Origin: Vulcanimicrobiota bacterium | GTDB lineage: Bacteria; Vulcanimicrobiota; Xenobia; Xenobiales; JADMJV01 | Assembly (NCBI GenBank): GCA_050250895.1 | Contig: JBFWNU010000001.1 | Location: 2,564,891-2,628,890, forward strand | Reading direction: 5' to 3' | Length of the DNA stretch: 64,000 bases | In this document: piece after piece, positions 30,239 to 37,652 of the stretch | How the letters are laid out: each line of letters starts with the position of its first letter | Numbering within the stretch: position 1 is the stretch's first letter | Made by a program: the position numbers and the translations under genes | The notes under the pieces: generated by a model | What the model saw: only the letters and a program-made list of their open reading frames with translations | Databases searched by the model: none | Told to the model about the DNA's origin: nothing

Positions 30239-30842
30239 AGAGGTAGCGCTTGCCGCGCAGTTCGAGCTGGTCGCCGAGCGCAAGGGCCACCGGCGAGTCT
30301 TTTTCGACCGGGCAGTACCACACGTTCTCGCTGATCAAGCGTACGACCTTGGCCTCGGCAAACTCGCCTCGGGAAATGACTTCGTAGTGTTGGCGCTCGC
30401 TGTTCCAGGCGACTTCGACCAGAGGGCTGATGGCCCGCGGCTTGGTGCGATTGAGGTAAAAGTTGTCCTGGTCGGGGCTGGTGAGTAAGTGGCGGGCCTT
30501 GCGTTCGCCGGTGGGTAGCCGCACCTCGCGCCGGACCAGTCGCATCACCGTTTGTCCCACGGCGATAAGGCACTCGCTGGTGAGGGGAATCTCGCCGCTC
30601 ACTTCTATCTGGTTCACCCGGGTGGGGTTGGTCTCGGAGATGTGGCGCAGCTTGAAGAAGCTTCGGTCGGGCATCCAGTCGAGGTCGAAGTGGTGGCGCG
30701 AGACAGTCGGGTCTTCGAGTAGCAGCCAACCGTAAAGACGAGCCCCCGGCATGGCCCGGCCCACACACAGCAGTCCGGGCTTGAGTTCGATGCTCTGGCG
30801 CGGAGCGGGACTCTCGATGAAATCCAGGGCCCAACCGGTCAT
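30219..30842 (-). CDS. FHA-domain protein
   Basis: VGR...DPTVSRHH...SETNPTRVN FHA signature. Confidence 0.85.
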   Translation of the reverse strand: MTGWALDFIESPAPRQSIELKPGLLCVGRAMPGARLYGWLLLEDPTVSRHHFDLDWMPDRSFFKLRHISETNPTRVNQIEVSGEIPLTSECLIAVGQTVMRLVRREVRLPTGERKARHLLTSPDQDNFYLNRTKPRAISPLVEVAWNSERQHYEVISRGEFAEAKVVRLISENVWYCPVEKDSPVALALGDQLELRGKRYLFTAEMG

Positions 30843-30882
30843 GCGGCATGATTCCTGGTCTTGCGTCCCGTAGCCTTTAAAG

Positions 30883-31025
30883 ATGAAAGACCCGCGATTG
30901 CTCGCGGGTCTCTGAGGTCCGTATGGTCATCTATGAGAGCGGGCCAGGTCCACGCCAATTTCCCCGGCCCGCGAGACACGAGGCTGATGTGCAGGAGGGT
31001 CAGTTTCTCGTGTCCGCTGTATGTG
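30883..31025 (-). ncRNA. putative sibling sRNA copy B
   Basis: Body identical to copy A; promoter TTCCAAC-atgt-GGCCAAC-N10-TATTCT (-10 at 31031-31036). Confidence 0.7.
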
Positions 31026-31105
31026 CCCTCAGAATACCCCGGTGCGGTTGGCCACATGTTGGAAGCGCAGACCGGGTGCGACAAAACGGTTGCCGCCAGG
31101 TAAAA

Positions 31106-32542
31106 TCAGTCCAGCGGGAGCAACAAGAGCCGGACGGGGGCATAGCTGTTGGTGGTCAGGCGGTGCTGATAGCGAAACGGGCCGGCGCCGCGATGGAGAA
31201 CCCGGCCCTGGAACGCGTAAAGACCGTCGGCCCAGCCGCCGGTGGGAACCAGGACCACCATACTCTCCCCGCTCAGCTGGAGTTCGACCTCGGTCAGGGC
31301 GCCATAGTTTCCGACCAGGGTATCGTCACCGTTGCTCAGCCAGTTTCGGTCCAGGGTGAGCAAGCGGGGTCCGTCGGCGGGTGAATAGGTGGCTCGCAGT
31401 CGCCGGTCCGGGGCCAGAAACAGGCCTCGAGACTGACCTCCCGTGCGTTCAGCCAGGGGACCGTCTAACTGGCTGTCGTCGGGTTTGGTCAGGCACAGGC
31501 GATAGTCGAGGGGTCCACTCGAGGCCAGCTCGAGCATGAGTCGGCCGTTGCTAAGACCCATTGGAAGGCGGGTGATGAACTGGTGACCCGGGGCCAGTTC
31601 TAGCTGGTCGGGCCAGACCGGGTCCCAGGCCTGGGTCATCCCAGGTTCGCTCGCCTCGGCCCGGGGTCGGCATTCGAGGCGGATGGGAGAGTCGCTAAAG
31701 TTGGTTAGAATGGCAGCCAGCTCGAGGTGGCGGCCCGTGGTATTGAAGTGAGAAGCGTAGAGACGTCCGCGCCCGGCCGGGAGTGTTTGCTCGAAGAGGA
31801 CCAGGCGGTCAGATTCCAGGCGCCGGATGTTCTCGGGATTGTTGCTGTAAGCCAGCCATTTCGGTTGGTCCAAAGGCTCGAGCCTGGCCTCGAGCTCGGG
31901 GATGGTGCTCGAATGGAGGTGGCCCGACTGCCCCACCAGTGAAGCCACCTTCCGAGCCGATAAGGGGCCGCCGAAAGGCAGGCCGGCCAGGGCCGCCAGG
32001 CAGAGCAGGGCCAGCCATCCGGGGTGGGTCCATTTGAGGCTGGCCAGGGCCAGCAGCAGGCCTGCTGCTCCTAGCCAGAAGGGCGAGAATTCGAGCGAGG
32101 GAACGAAGAAGAGCGGATTGGCGGGCAAGGCCCAGGGGGCCGTGCGCAGCCAGCTGGGAGTGGCCATCTCCACCCCTCCCTGTAGCAGCCAACCCGTCGC
32201 GATAAGAGTCAGACTGGCCCAAACCCGCGCTCTGGCCAGCAAGGCCAGGCCGGCGAACAGCAGCGGCAGCCAGTTCGAGAGCGTGTCCTGACCAAAATAG
32301 TGCTGGGCGGCCCACAGATTCGAGACCAGTGCAGCCATCGCCGCCCCAGCCACCAAGGGCTCTAGCTCGACCAGCACCAGACTCAGACCCAGCAGGTGGG
32401 CCATCGTCAGCCGAGCGCGCAGCCAGGGGTTGTGGGCGTGGAACAACATGACGGCGGCCAGGATACAGCCGACTAACAGCAATACCCGTCTGGTTTTGGC
32501 GTCTTGGCTCAAGGCCGGCAAGAGCCAGAAGCATAGGCCCAT
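31106..32542 (-). CDS. hypothetical multi-pass membrane protein with a soluble C-terminal domain
   Basis: Several N-terminal hydrophobic segments; may be 5'-truncated at the island edge. Confidence 0.7.
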   Translation of the reverse strand: MGLCFWLLPALSQDAKTRRVLLLVGCILAAVMLFHAHNPWLRARLTMAHLLGLSLVLVELEPLVAGAAMAALVSNLWAAQHYFGQDTLSNWLPLLFAGLALLARARVWASLTLIATGWLLQGGVEMATPSWLRTAPWALPANPLFFVPSLEFSPFWLGAAGLLLALASLKWTHPGWLALLCLAALAGLPFGGPLSARKVASLVGQSGHLHSSTIPELEARLEPLDQPKWLAYSNNPENIRRLESDRLVLFEQTLPAGRGRLYASHFNTTGRHLELAAILTNFSDSPIRLECRPRAEASEPGMTQAWDPVWPDQLELAPGHQFITRLPMGLSNGRLMLELASSGPLDYRLCLTKPDDSQLDGPLAERTGGQSRGLFLAPDRRLRATYSPADGPRLLTLDRNWLSNGDDTLVGNYGALTEVELQLSGESMVVLVPTGGWADGLYAFQGRVLHRGAGPFRYQHRLTTNSYAPVRLLLLPLD

Positions 32543-32575
32543 AGAGTCGCTACCCTACCAGTGTTTCATGGTCTG

Positions 32576-32604
32576 TTGACAAGAAATATTTGCAGTGGTA
32601 TAGT
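32576..32604 (+). promoter_or_regulatory. strong sigma70 promoter of the permuted tRNA gene
   Basis: TTGACA-N17-TATAGT with an extended -10 TG. Confidence 0.9.
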
Positions 32605-32643
32605 GTGGTTATCGCGCCCTCACCGGTCGACCTTACATACTAA

Positions 32644-32724
32644 CTGACTGTTAATCAGAAGGTTGCGGGTTCGAGTCCCGTCTTCTCCGCCAACTTGGAG
32701 AAGTAGCTCAATTGGTAGAGCATC
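32644..32724 (+). tRNA. circularly permuted tRNA-Asn(GUU)-like gene (3' part 32644-32692, linker ACTT, 5' part 32697-32724)
   Basis: Anticodon arm CTGA-CTGTTAA-TCAG, T-arm GCGGG-TTCGAGT-CCCGT and CTTCTCC-G-CCA precede GGAGAAG-TA-GCTC-AATTGGTA-GAGC-AT; acceptor strands are 7/7 complementary. Confidence 0.8.
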
Positions 32725-32757
32725 GTATACCACGGTCCATCAACTTGCGCGAATCAG

Positions 32758-32783
32758 AAGCCCGGCTGCTAGCCGGGCTTTTT
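32758..32783 (+). terminator. intrinsic terminator of the permuted tRNA unit
   Basis: AAGCCCGGCT-gct-AGCCGGGCTT followed by a T-run. Confidence 0.9.
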
Positions 32784-32820
32784 GGTTTTACCTCGTCTGG
32801 TTGGTGACCAGGGCCATCAC

Positions 32821-33193
32821 CCCGCCGGCGTCGGTCATGCAGAGGCTGCGCGAGCATCGGATCCGCCAGCTCGAGACGCGCTTGGCCTTCGCCGGCACCT
32901 ACGTCGACCACGGCTTCGGTTTCACCACGCGCACCGGGGCGCCGCTCCATGAGAGCAACGTTCAGAAAGCGTTTCGGCGGGTTTGCAAGCGGGCCGTGCT
33001 AGCCCCGGTGCGACTCTACACACTCCGGCATACCTGCGCCACCCTGATGCTGCTCCGCCGGGTGCCGCCGAAAATCGTTTCGGAGTGGCTCGGCCACGCC
33101 AGCATCACGATCACGCTGGATGTCTACTCCCACGTCCTGCCCAGTATGCGGCAGGAGGCGGCGGCTGAGCTGGAGGCTACCGGCCTGTTTTAG
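32821..33193 (+). pseudogene. C-terminal fragment of a tyrosine recombinase/integrase
   Basis: LRHTCATLML, LGHASITITLDVYSHV; N-terminal half and catalytic Arg-I absent. Confidence 0.85.
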
Positions 33194-33194
33194 C

Positions 33195-33257
33195 CACGTG
33201 CTGCCGACGATGCAGCGTGAAGCGGCCAACGAGCTCGAGGCAACGGGGTTGTTTTGA
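33195..33257 (+). pseudogene. second, diverged integrase C-terminus (HVLPTMQREAANELEATGLF*)
   Basis: Immediately follows the first copy (HVLPSMRQEAAAELEATGLF*), with many synonymous changes. Confidence 0.8.
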
Positions 33258-33342
33258 CGGTTGGCGTCAAAATTTCAATTTTCTCGCGATCGGGCTGTGG
33301 AAAACCGCCTTGGAACGCCCTAGATAGCGAACATTCTGACGC

Positions 33343-33371
33343 TTGCACCTTAGTTCAGTCCGTCGTATAAT
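33343..33371 (+). promoter_or_regulatory. sigma70 promoter of the small hydrophobic ORF
   Basis: TTGCAC-N17-TATAAT. Confidence 0.8.
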
Positions 33372-33440
33372 ACGCCGAGCCTATTTCCCCTCTGGGGGTC
33401 CAGGACGCAAGTCCTAGCTCCCCAGTAAGGAGAACCGCAA

Positions 33441-33536
33441 ATGTGGTTCGAAATAGACCCAAAAGTGCTAGTCTGCTTGATCGGCGCCATCGTTGCGATC
33501 GTGAAGGTGGTCTGGGCGTATAAGAAGGAAGACTGA
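33441..33536 (+). CDS. 31-aa type I toxin-like membrane peptide MWFEIDPKVLVCLIGAIVAIVKVVWAYKKED
   Basis: TAAGGAG RBS, single TM helix, charged tail, own promoter, convergent antisense promoter. Confidence 0.7.
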   Translation: MWFEIDPKVLVCLIGAIVAIVKVVWAYKKED

Positions 33537-33648
33537 GAAATCCTCAGCCTTCCACTCAACGCGGAGGCCGCAGTCTAACCTTACCGGGGGACGACTGCGG
33601 TCTCCCTCTTTGCCAGCGTGACGGTGCGTTAACTTTACCGTATACGCT
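33525..33648 (-). ncRNA. putative antisense (antitoxin) RNA
   Basis: Minus-strand TTGACA(33683-33678)-N17-TATTCT(33660-33655); hairpin CCGCAGTC/GACTGCGG; ends approximate. Confidence 0.55.
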
Positions 33649-33977
33649 TGCCTCAGAATAGACGAATGACTCATCCGTGTCAACAGTTGTAAAGCGTTTC
33701 TGCATATTTAAAAGCCCGCAAATATAGGCTTTGCGCCGATTTTTGACGAGTTTCTATTCTAAATCGTCGAAGGAATCATATTCTAAATCGCTATCCTGTT
33801 CCCCGCGCAACGCTAGCATCGCATCCCTAAAAGATCCAGTTGCTCTTGGGTCGTGGCTGCGGCTTGGGTGCGCCCGACGGTGGTGGGGGTGGCTTGTGAC
33901 CTCCTGCCTTCGCGCGGAGGTGGCGGTGGCGGCGCTGGGTCGCCCGATGGCTTGGGTGAGCTTGCGCTCGGCTGGGC

Positions 33978-34073
33978 CGGCCACGCCAGTACACGATCAC
34001 GCTGGATGTAATACTCTCACTTGCCCAGCATGCGGCAGGAGGCGGCGGCTGAGCTGGAGGCTACAGGCCTGTT
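33978..34073 (+). pseudogene. third, frameshifted integrase 3' remnant (direct repeat of about 33091-33190)
   Basis: Shares ATGCGGCAGGAGGCGGCGGCTGAGCTGGAGGCTAC exactly with copy 1. Confidence 0.85.
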
Positions 34074-34177
34074 CCGAGGCCCTACTGTGTCCTGGCTTGG
34101 TGCAAGTTAGACTTCTGTTTGCGAACGAATTTTTGCGAGGATTCTGGACTTTGTAGAGAAGCAATCTTCGACATCAT

Positions 34178-34399
34178 TTGGACACTAGGAGAATGTCGAT
34201 GCAACCCTACTATTTTGACAATATGACCTTCGGCCCACGCGGCTTCAACGCAACCACGGACCAAGACAAGTACATTCAGACGCTTTGGAAAAACGTTGCA
34301 AAGCTCATAGACATCGTACCTGCGCAAGATAAGCAGATAGAATCTTTGAAGCATGAAATCGAGACCCTACGCAAAGAAATCGAGGAGTTGAAGAGGTAG
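34178..34399 (+). CDS. small hypothetical protein with a C-terminal coiled coil
   Basis: AGGAG RBS before internal ATGs (34193/34199); IESLKHEIETLRKEIEELKR heptads. Confidence 0.6.
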   Translation: MDTRRMSMQPYYFDNMTFGPRGFNATTDQDKYIQTLWKNVAKLIDIVPAQDKQIESLKHEIETLRKEIEELKR

Positions 34400-34419
34400 C
34401 CACGGCCGAAAAACGCTTC

Positions 34420-34872
34420 TTAGAAGACCCAGTTCTGCTCTTTGATCATCTCCAAGCAAGTAATGGCCGTGACGCCGTGTTGACGGCACAGCACAGGTAT
34501 TTTTGGGCGATCCGCTGAGCCCCTTCGGCGCTCCTGGGTGACAACTTTAAAGCCCATCTCCTTAGCGTAGGCTACGACATGGGGATCGGCTTCGTTCTCG
34601 TGACCGACGACGAGCCCGGGATACTTGTTGATGATCTCTCGGACAATGTTCTCGACTTTGGCGTTGGTCGACATCACCATTTGGCTGTGCATGTCTACCC
34701 ACTTCTTAAGGTGATCGTCCTTTCGGCCCAACTCAATATGAACCGCCTTCACGATGTGGAAGCGCCCTTGATTCACAAGGTTCTGGACCTGGGTCCAGAA
34801 CTGGGGAAAATTCTGATGAGGATAGAGATCGTTTTCGGCGGTGATCAGTGCCGAAGCATCGACGCTATACAC
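34420..34872 (-). CDS. DUF4411-family PIN-like protein
   Basis: YSVDASALI...LYP...FPQFW...ADPHVVAYA...VVTQE...KIP-x-x-C; GTG start overlapping the upstream stop. Confidence 0.85.
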   Translation of the reverse strand: MYSVDASALITAENDLYPHQNFPQFWTQVQNLVNQGRFHIVKAVHIELGRKDDHLKKWVDMHSQMVMSTNAKVENIVREIINKYPGLVVGHENEADPHVVAYAKEMGFKVVTQERRRGSADRPKIPVLCRQHGVTAITCLEMIKEQNWVF

Positions 34873-36076
34873 TCCAAGCTCCCTTCTTCTCGAGCAGTTG
34901 TCGCATCTCACTGAAATGCTGGACCTTTGCCCCGAGGTACCCAGAGGCGCTCGAGAGAGTGATGGTTCTGGAGTCGAGAGCGTCGAAAACCAGTCGAGAG
35001 TAGGCGACGCCGTTGTAGGCGACTTTCCGCACGGCGTATCTCGGGCCACCTTCGCTTTCAGCAAGGTTCTGTCGGTGCTCACGGCGTTGGGCCCTATACT
35101 GGCTAACCTTGCGGCCGAATTCAGCTTGGGTCATTCGATGGTGGTCGAGCAGCCTTCTAACGATGACATCGCGACTAACGGAGAAACGATTCGCAACCGA
35201 CTTTATAACTTCGTCGGGCCAGCGATTAGCATCGTCATGGGCATTGACCTCCTCGTCCCTTTCTAGAACGCTCCAAGGCACCAGCAACTCAGCGGCAAAC
35301 GCGTTGCAATAGACCTCAATCTCTCTTTGCTCGGGGGGGAGCCTGGAGTTGTCGGTGGCTTCGGCGTGCAACCCGGACACTCTCATTAGGACGTGGCCCA
35401 ACTCGTGGGCCATCGAAAACAGACGGCCCAATGGAGGGTCTTGGGTATTCACAGCGATGGTGGGTAGAGGTGTTTCTGCAATACAGACGCCTCTAAAAAC
35501 ATCGAGGTCGATTTCAGGGATCTGAAAAACCAAGAGCCCAGCATCCTCAAGAGCCCTCGTCCATAGCGAGACCGCTTCGTATTGGCCTCTGCACTTAAGT
35601 TGGCTCTCGAGAGTTAGTCCGAGGCGGGTGCGAATTTCTCCGGTAACCCGCGGAATCTCCGCCGGACTCGAACTTATGATCTCTATGTCACCAAGAAGAA
35701 AGTCGGGTGGTTCTTCCTGCAATTCCTCGTAGAGTTCCAGTGCTGTCCGCCGTCGATTTCGGATTTCACGTAGAGCAAAACGTAACTTCGGGGGATAGTC
35801 TTGAATCACACCGGGTAACGTGCGAAAGTCCGTCACCCCAGGGTCTTCGATTGGAGGTTTTTCGAGATAAAAGAGGCCGATGGGTCGGTCGAAGACATGG
35901 GCAGCCTTGGTCAACTGATTAAAGGACGGACGAAGCTCACCAGCCTCGAACGCCCTCAGTCGTTCCGGCTTGACCCCGACCTTGGCCGAGGCCTGCTCGA
36001 TGGTATAGCCAGCCGTCTCCCTAGCCCAGGTTAAGAGGGCCGGTGTGATCAGAGCTTCCACCTTTTCTTTAGCCAC
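34865..36076 (-). CDS. XRE-HTH + ImmA/IrrE zinc metallopeptidase
   Basis: LTWARE...HTH; FSMAHELGH (HExxH); EVYCNAFAAELLVP. Confidence 0.92.
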   Translation of the reverse strand: MAKEKVEALITPALLTWARETAGYTIEQASAKVGVKPERLRAFEAGELRPSFNQLTKAAHVFDRPIGLFYLEKPPIEDPGVTDFRTLPGVIQDYPPKLRFALREIRNRRRTALELYEELQEEPPDFLLGDIEIISSSPAEIPRVTGEIRTRLGLTLESQLKCRGQYEAVSLWTRALEDAGLLVFQIPEIDLDVFRGVCIAETPLPTIAVNTQDPPLGRLFSMAHELGHVLMRVSGLHAEATDNSRLPPEQREIEVYCNAFAAELLVPWSVLERDEEVNAHDDANRWPDEVIKSVANRFSVSRDVIVRRLLDHHRMTQAEFGRKVSQYRAQRREHRQNLAESEGGPRYAVRKVAYNGVAYSRLVFDALDSRTITLSSASGYLGAKVQHFSEMRQLLEKKGAWSV

Positions 36077-36154
36077 GTAAGATCTCCACGGTACAACATG
36101 CGCTGCGGAATCGGGCTCTTCCTGTACCTCGGGAGAAGTGCCCCTATTCCATAT

Positions 36155-36175
36155 TTATCCACAAGCTTGTGAATA
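36155..36175. promoter_or_regulatory. 20-bp palindrome containing a perfect DnaA box; candidate operator
   Basis: TATCCACAAG|CTTGTGAATA (one mismatch); TTATCCACA at 36155-36163. Confidence 0.45.
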
Positions 36176-36205
36176 TCCATTGGTATTTTTCTACTAACTT
36201 CCAGC

Positions 36206-36946
36206 TTAGATCATTTCTTCATCGGGCAGGTCGACTTCGGCTACCCGAAGGAGTAAGTCGCCCAGTGAGGTGATTCTATAACCGTTCAGTTCCGGTCTGC
36301 CCTCGGAATCATAAACCGGTGTCTTCGTTTTTGGGTTGACCTTGTATTTCGGCTTGAGCAGCCCCAGTCGGGCCAAGTGTGCTCTGTAGCTATCGTCAAG
36401 CGCAACGGCATTCGCCCTCTCCTCGTCCATCGGATTTGATTTGGACGGAGGAGTGATGACCGAGCCATGGCGCCGCCTGAACTCGTGGTCCGTTGATAGC
36501 GCTGGCTGGTAGTATGACCGAAGAATGAGAAGCTCGATGTCGTTAATGTCACCGAGTATCTTCAAGAGATGCTTCGCTTGTATATGCGAGACCTGAGTGG
36601 ATGTTAGACTGCTTGCGACAACGGTCGCAATTTGGTCTATTCGACGCTTCCTAGTGGCTCTCGCCGCCTGAACGGCCCCTTCTTCGACAACATCAAGAAA
36701 CTCGGCGTCGTCCCAACAGGCGTCCTCGCTTGCCTGTTCGACTCGCTGGAGCCGAGCCTCCAATGCTTTGACGAAGCTCTCCACTCTATCTAGCCGTTGG
36801 CCTGGGATAGCGCCTATTGCCTCGGCGATGGCGCCGCCAACAAAGGGAACGAAGCTCGCCCCGGCTTTGAGCCCAGTGATGACTTTGTCGGTCCACAGCG
36901 AACCGATTTTGTCGCTGCTGATCTCTATGAGGCGGTCATCGCTCAT
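36206..36946 (-). CDS. hypothetical MGE protein (Abi-alpha-like layout)
   Basis: VPFVGGAIAE N-terminal helix; C-terminal L-x-RLGLL...ITSLG winged-helix-like end. Confidence 0.7.
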   Translation of the reverse strand: MSDDRLIEISSDKIGSLWTDKVITGLKAGASFVPFVGGAIAEAIGAIPGQRLDRVESFVKALEARLQRVEQASEDACWDDAEFLDVVEEGAVQAARATRKRRIDQIATVVASSLTSTQVSHIQAKHLLKILGDINDIELLILRSYYQPALSTDHEFRRRHGSVITPPSKSNPMDEERANAVALDDSYRAHLARLGLLKPKYKVNPKTKTPVYDSEGRPELNGYRITSLGDLLLRVAEVDLPDEEMI

Positions 36947-37118
36947 GCTACCTTACCCCCCTGACTTTGAATGGATCTCCGCGGCGGGTCCGGTAGCGGG
37001 GCTTGAGCCCCGGCGGCGGCCGCCAACCCTCAACAATGACCAGCTTGCCCTTCCAGAACGGCGAATCCCCAGGCGCGCGCAGTTGGCCGCTTGGGCTCGC
37101 CAGGGATGCAGGCGGGCA

Positions 37119-37652
37119 TCACAGCCGGTTCGAAATCGTGACGACCCCATAGGGTGCTCTGGTACTTTGCCAGCCGATCTGGTGAGCATCCGACTGAACG
37201 GAAACGATCAGGCTCCCTTCCTCCGACTGTTTCTGGAAACTGCAGCTGAAGACGCTTTTCGCATCCATGGTAAAGTTGTCGGGGATAGTCCCTGACACCG
37301 ATTTCTGACCGTTTACATCCCCATAGGAACCTTGGAATGGTGTCCCCGCGTCGCCAGAGACCTGAATGTTGATCTGGTGTGCTCCGAAGGACCCGAAGCT
37401 AGGCAAGCCGATTCCTGCGCCGGCCCACTTTATTCCGAGCCAGGCGAAGATGACCAATGCAAAGACTGCGATTCCGGCGGCCGCCTTCTTCTCCGTATCC
37501 GGATCCATCTTGACGCCGTGATGCTTGGTGAGGGCGTTCTCTACAACCGGTTGTGGCTTGGCGTCCGGTCGCTCCGCTAGCATCTCCCCGCAATGCTTAC
37601 ACTTGATGGCTTCGTCCTGGATCTCTTCGGCACAAAATGGGCACTTCTTCAT
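37119..37652 (-). CDS. zinc-ribbon membrane protein (prophage accessory type)
   Basis: MKKCPFCAEEIQDEAIKCKHCG start with GGGGAAG RBS, one TM segment. Confidence 0.8.
   Translation of the reverse strand: MKKCPFCAEEIQDEAIKCKHCGEMLAERPDAKPQPVVENALTKHHGVKMDPDTEKKAAAGIAVFALVIFAWLGIKWAGAGIGLPSFGSFGAHQINIQVSGDAGTPFQGSYGDVNGQKSVSGTIPDNFTMDAKSVFSCSFQKQSEEGSLIVSVQSDAHQIGWQSTRAPYGVVTISNRL

Noticed and set aside
29028-31107. 225-bp repeats as IS ends, a composite transposon or a retron msr-msd
   Set aside because: No transposase or reverse transcriptase, and no terminal inverted repeats or target duplications were seen; the promoter-hairpins-terminator layout fits an sRNA.
30923-31384. ORFs starting inside the repeat (MVIYESGPG..., also the N-terminus of 29068)
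   Set aside because: They are antisense to the sRNA/promoter, lack an RBS and diverge immediately outside the repeat.
32644-32692. Simple attR-type 3' tRNA fragment left by integration
   Set aside because: This does not explain the matching 5' part 4 nt downstream, the dedicated promoter and terminator, or the leader-trailer pairing; it remains only a possible origin.
32637-32728. Bulge-helix-bulge splicing motif at the permutation junction
   Set aside because: The two 3-nt unpaired stretches (UAA, AUC) lie on the same side of the 4-bp helix rather than flanking it, so this is not a canonical BHB.
32663-32820. N-terminal part of the 176-aa integrase ORF
   Set aside because: It runs through the tRNA arms and the terminator; integrase similarity starts only after about 32820.
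33755-33790. 12-bp direct repeat TATTCTAAATCG x2
   Set aside because: Only two copies in AT-rich DNA; an iteron, an operator and chance cannot be distinguished.
36155-36175. Replication origin suggested by a DnaA box
   Set aside because: Only one perfect and one imperfect box, with no dnaA or rep gene and no box cluster; an operator is more plausible.
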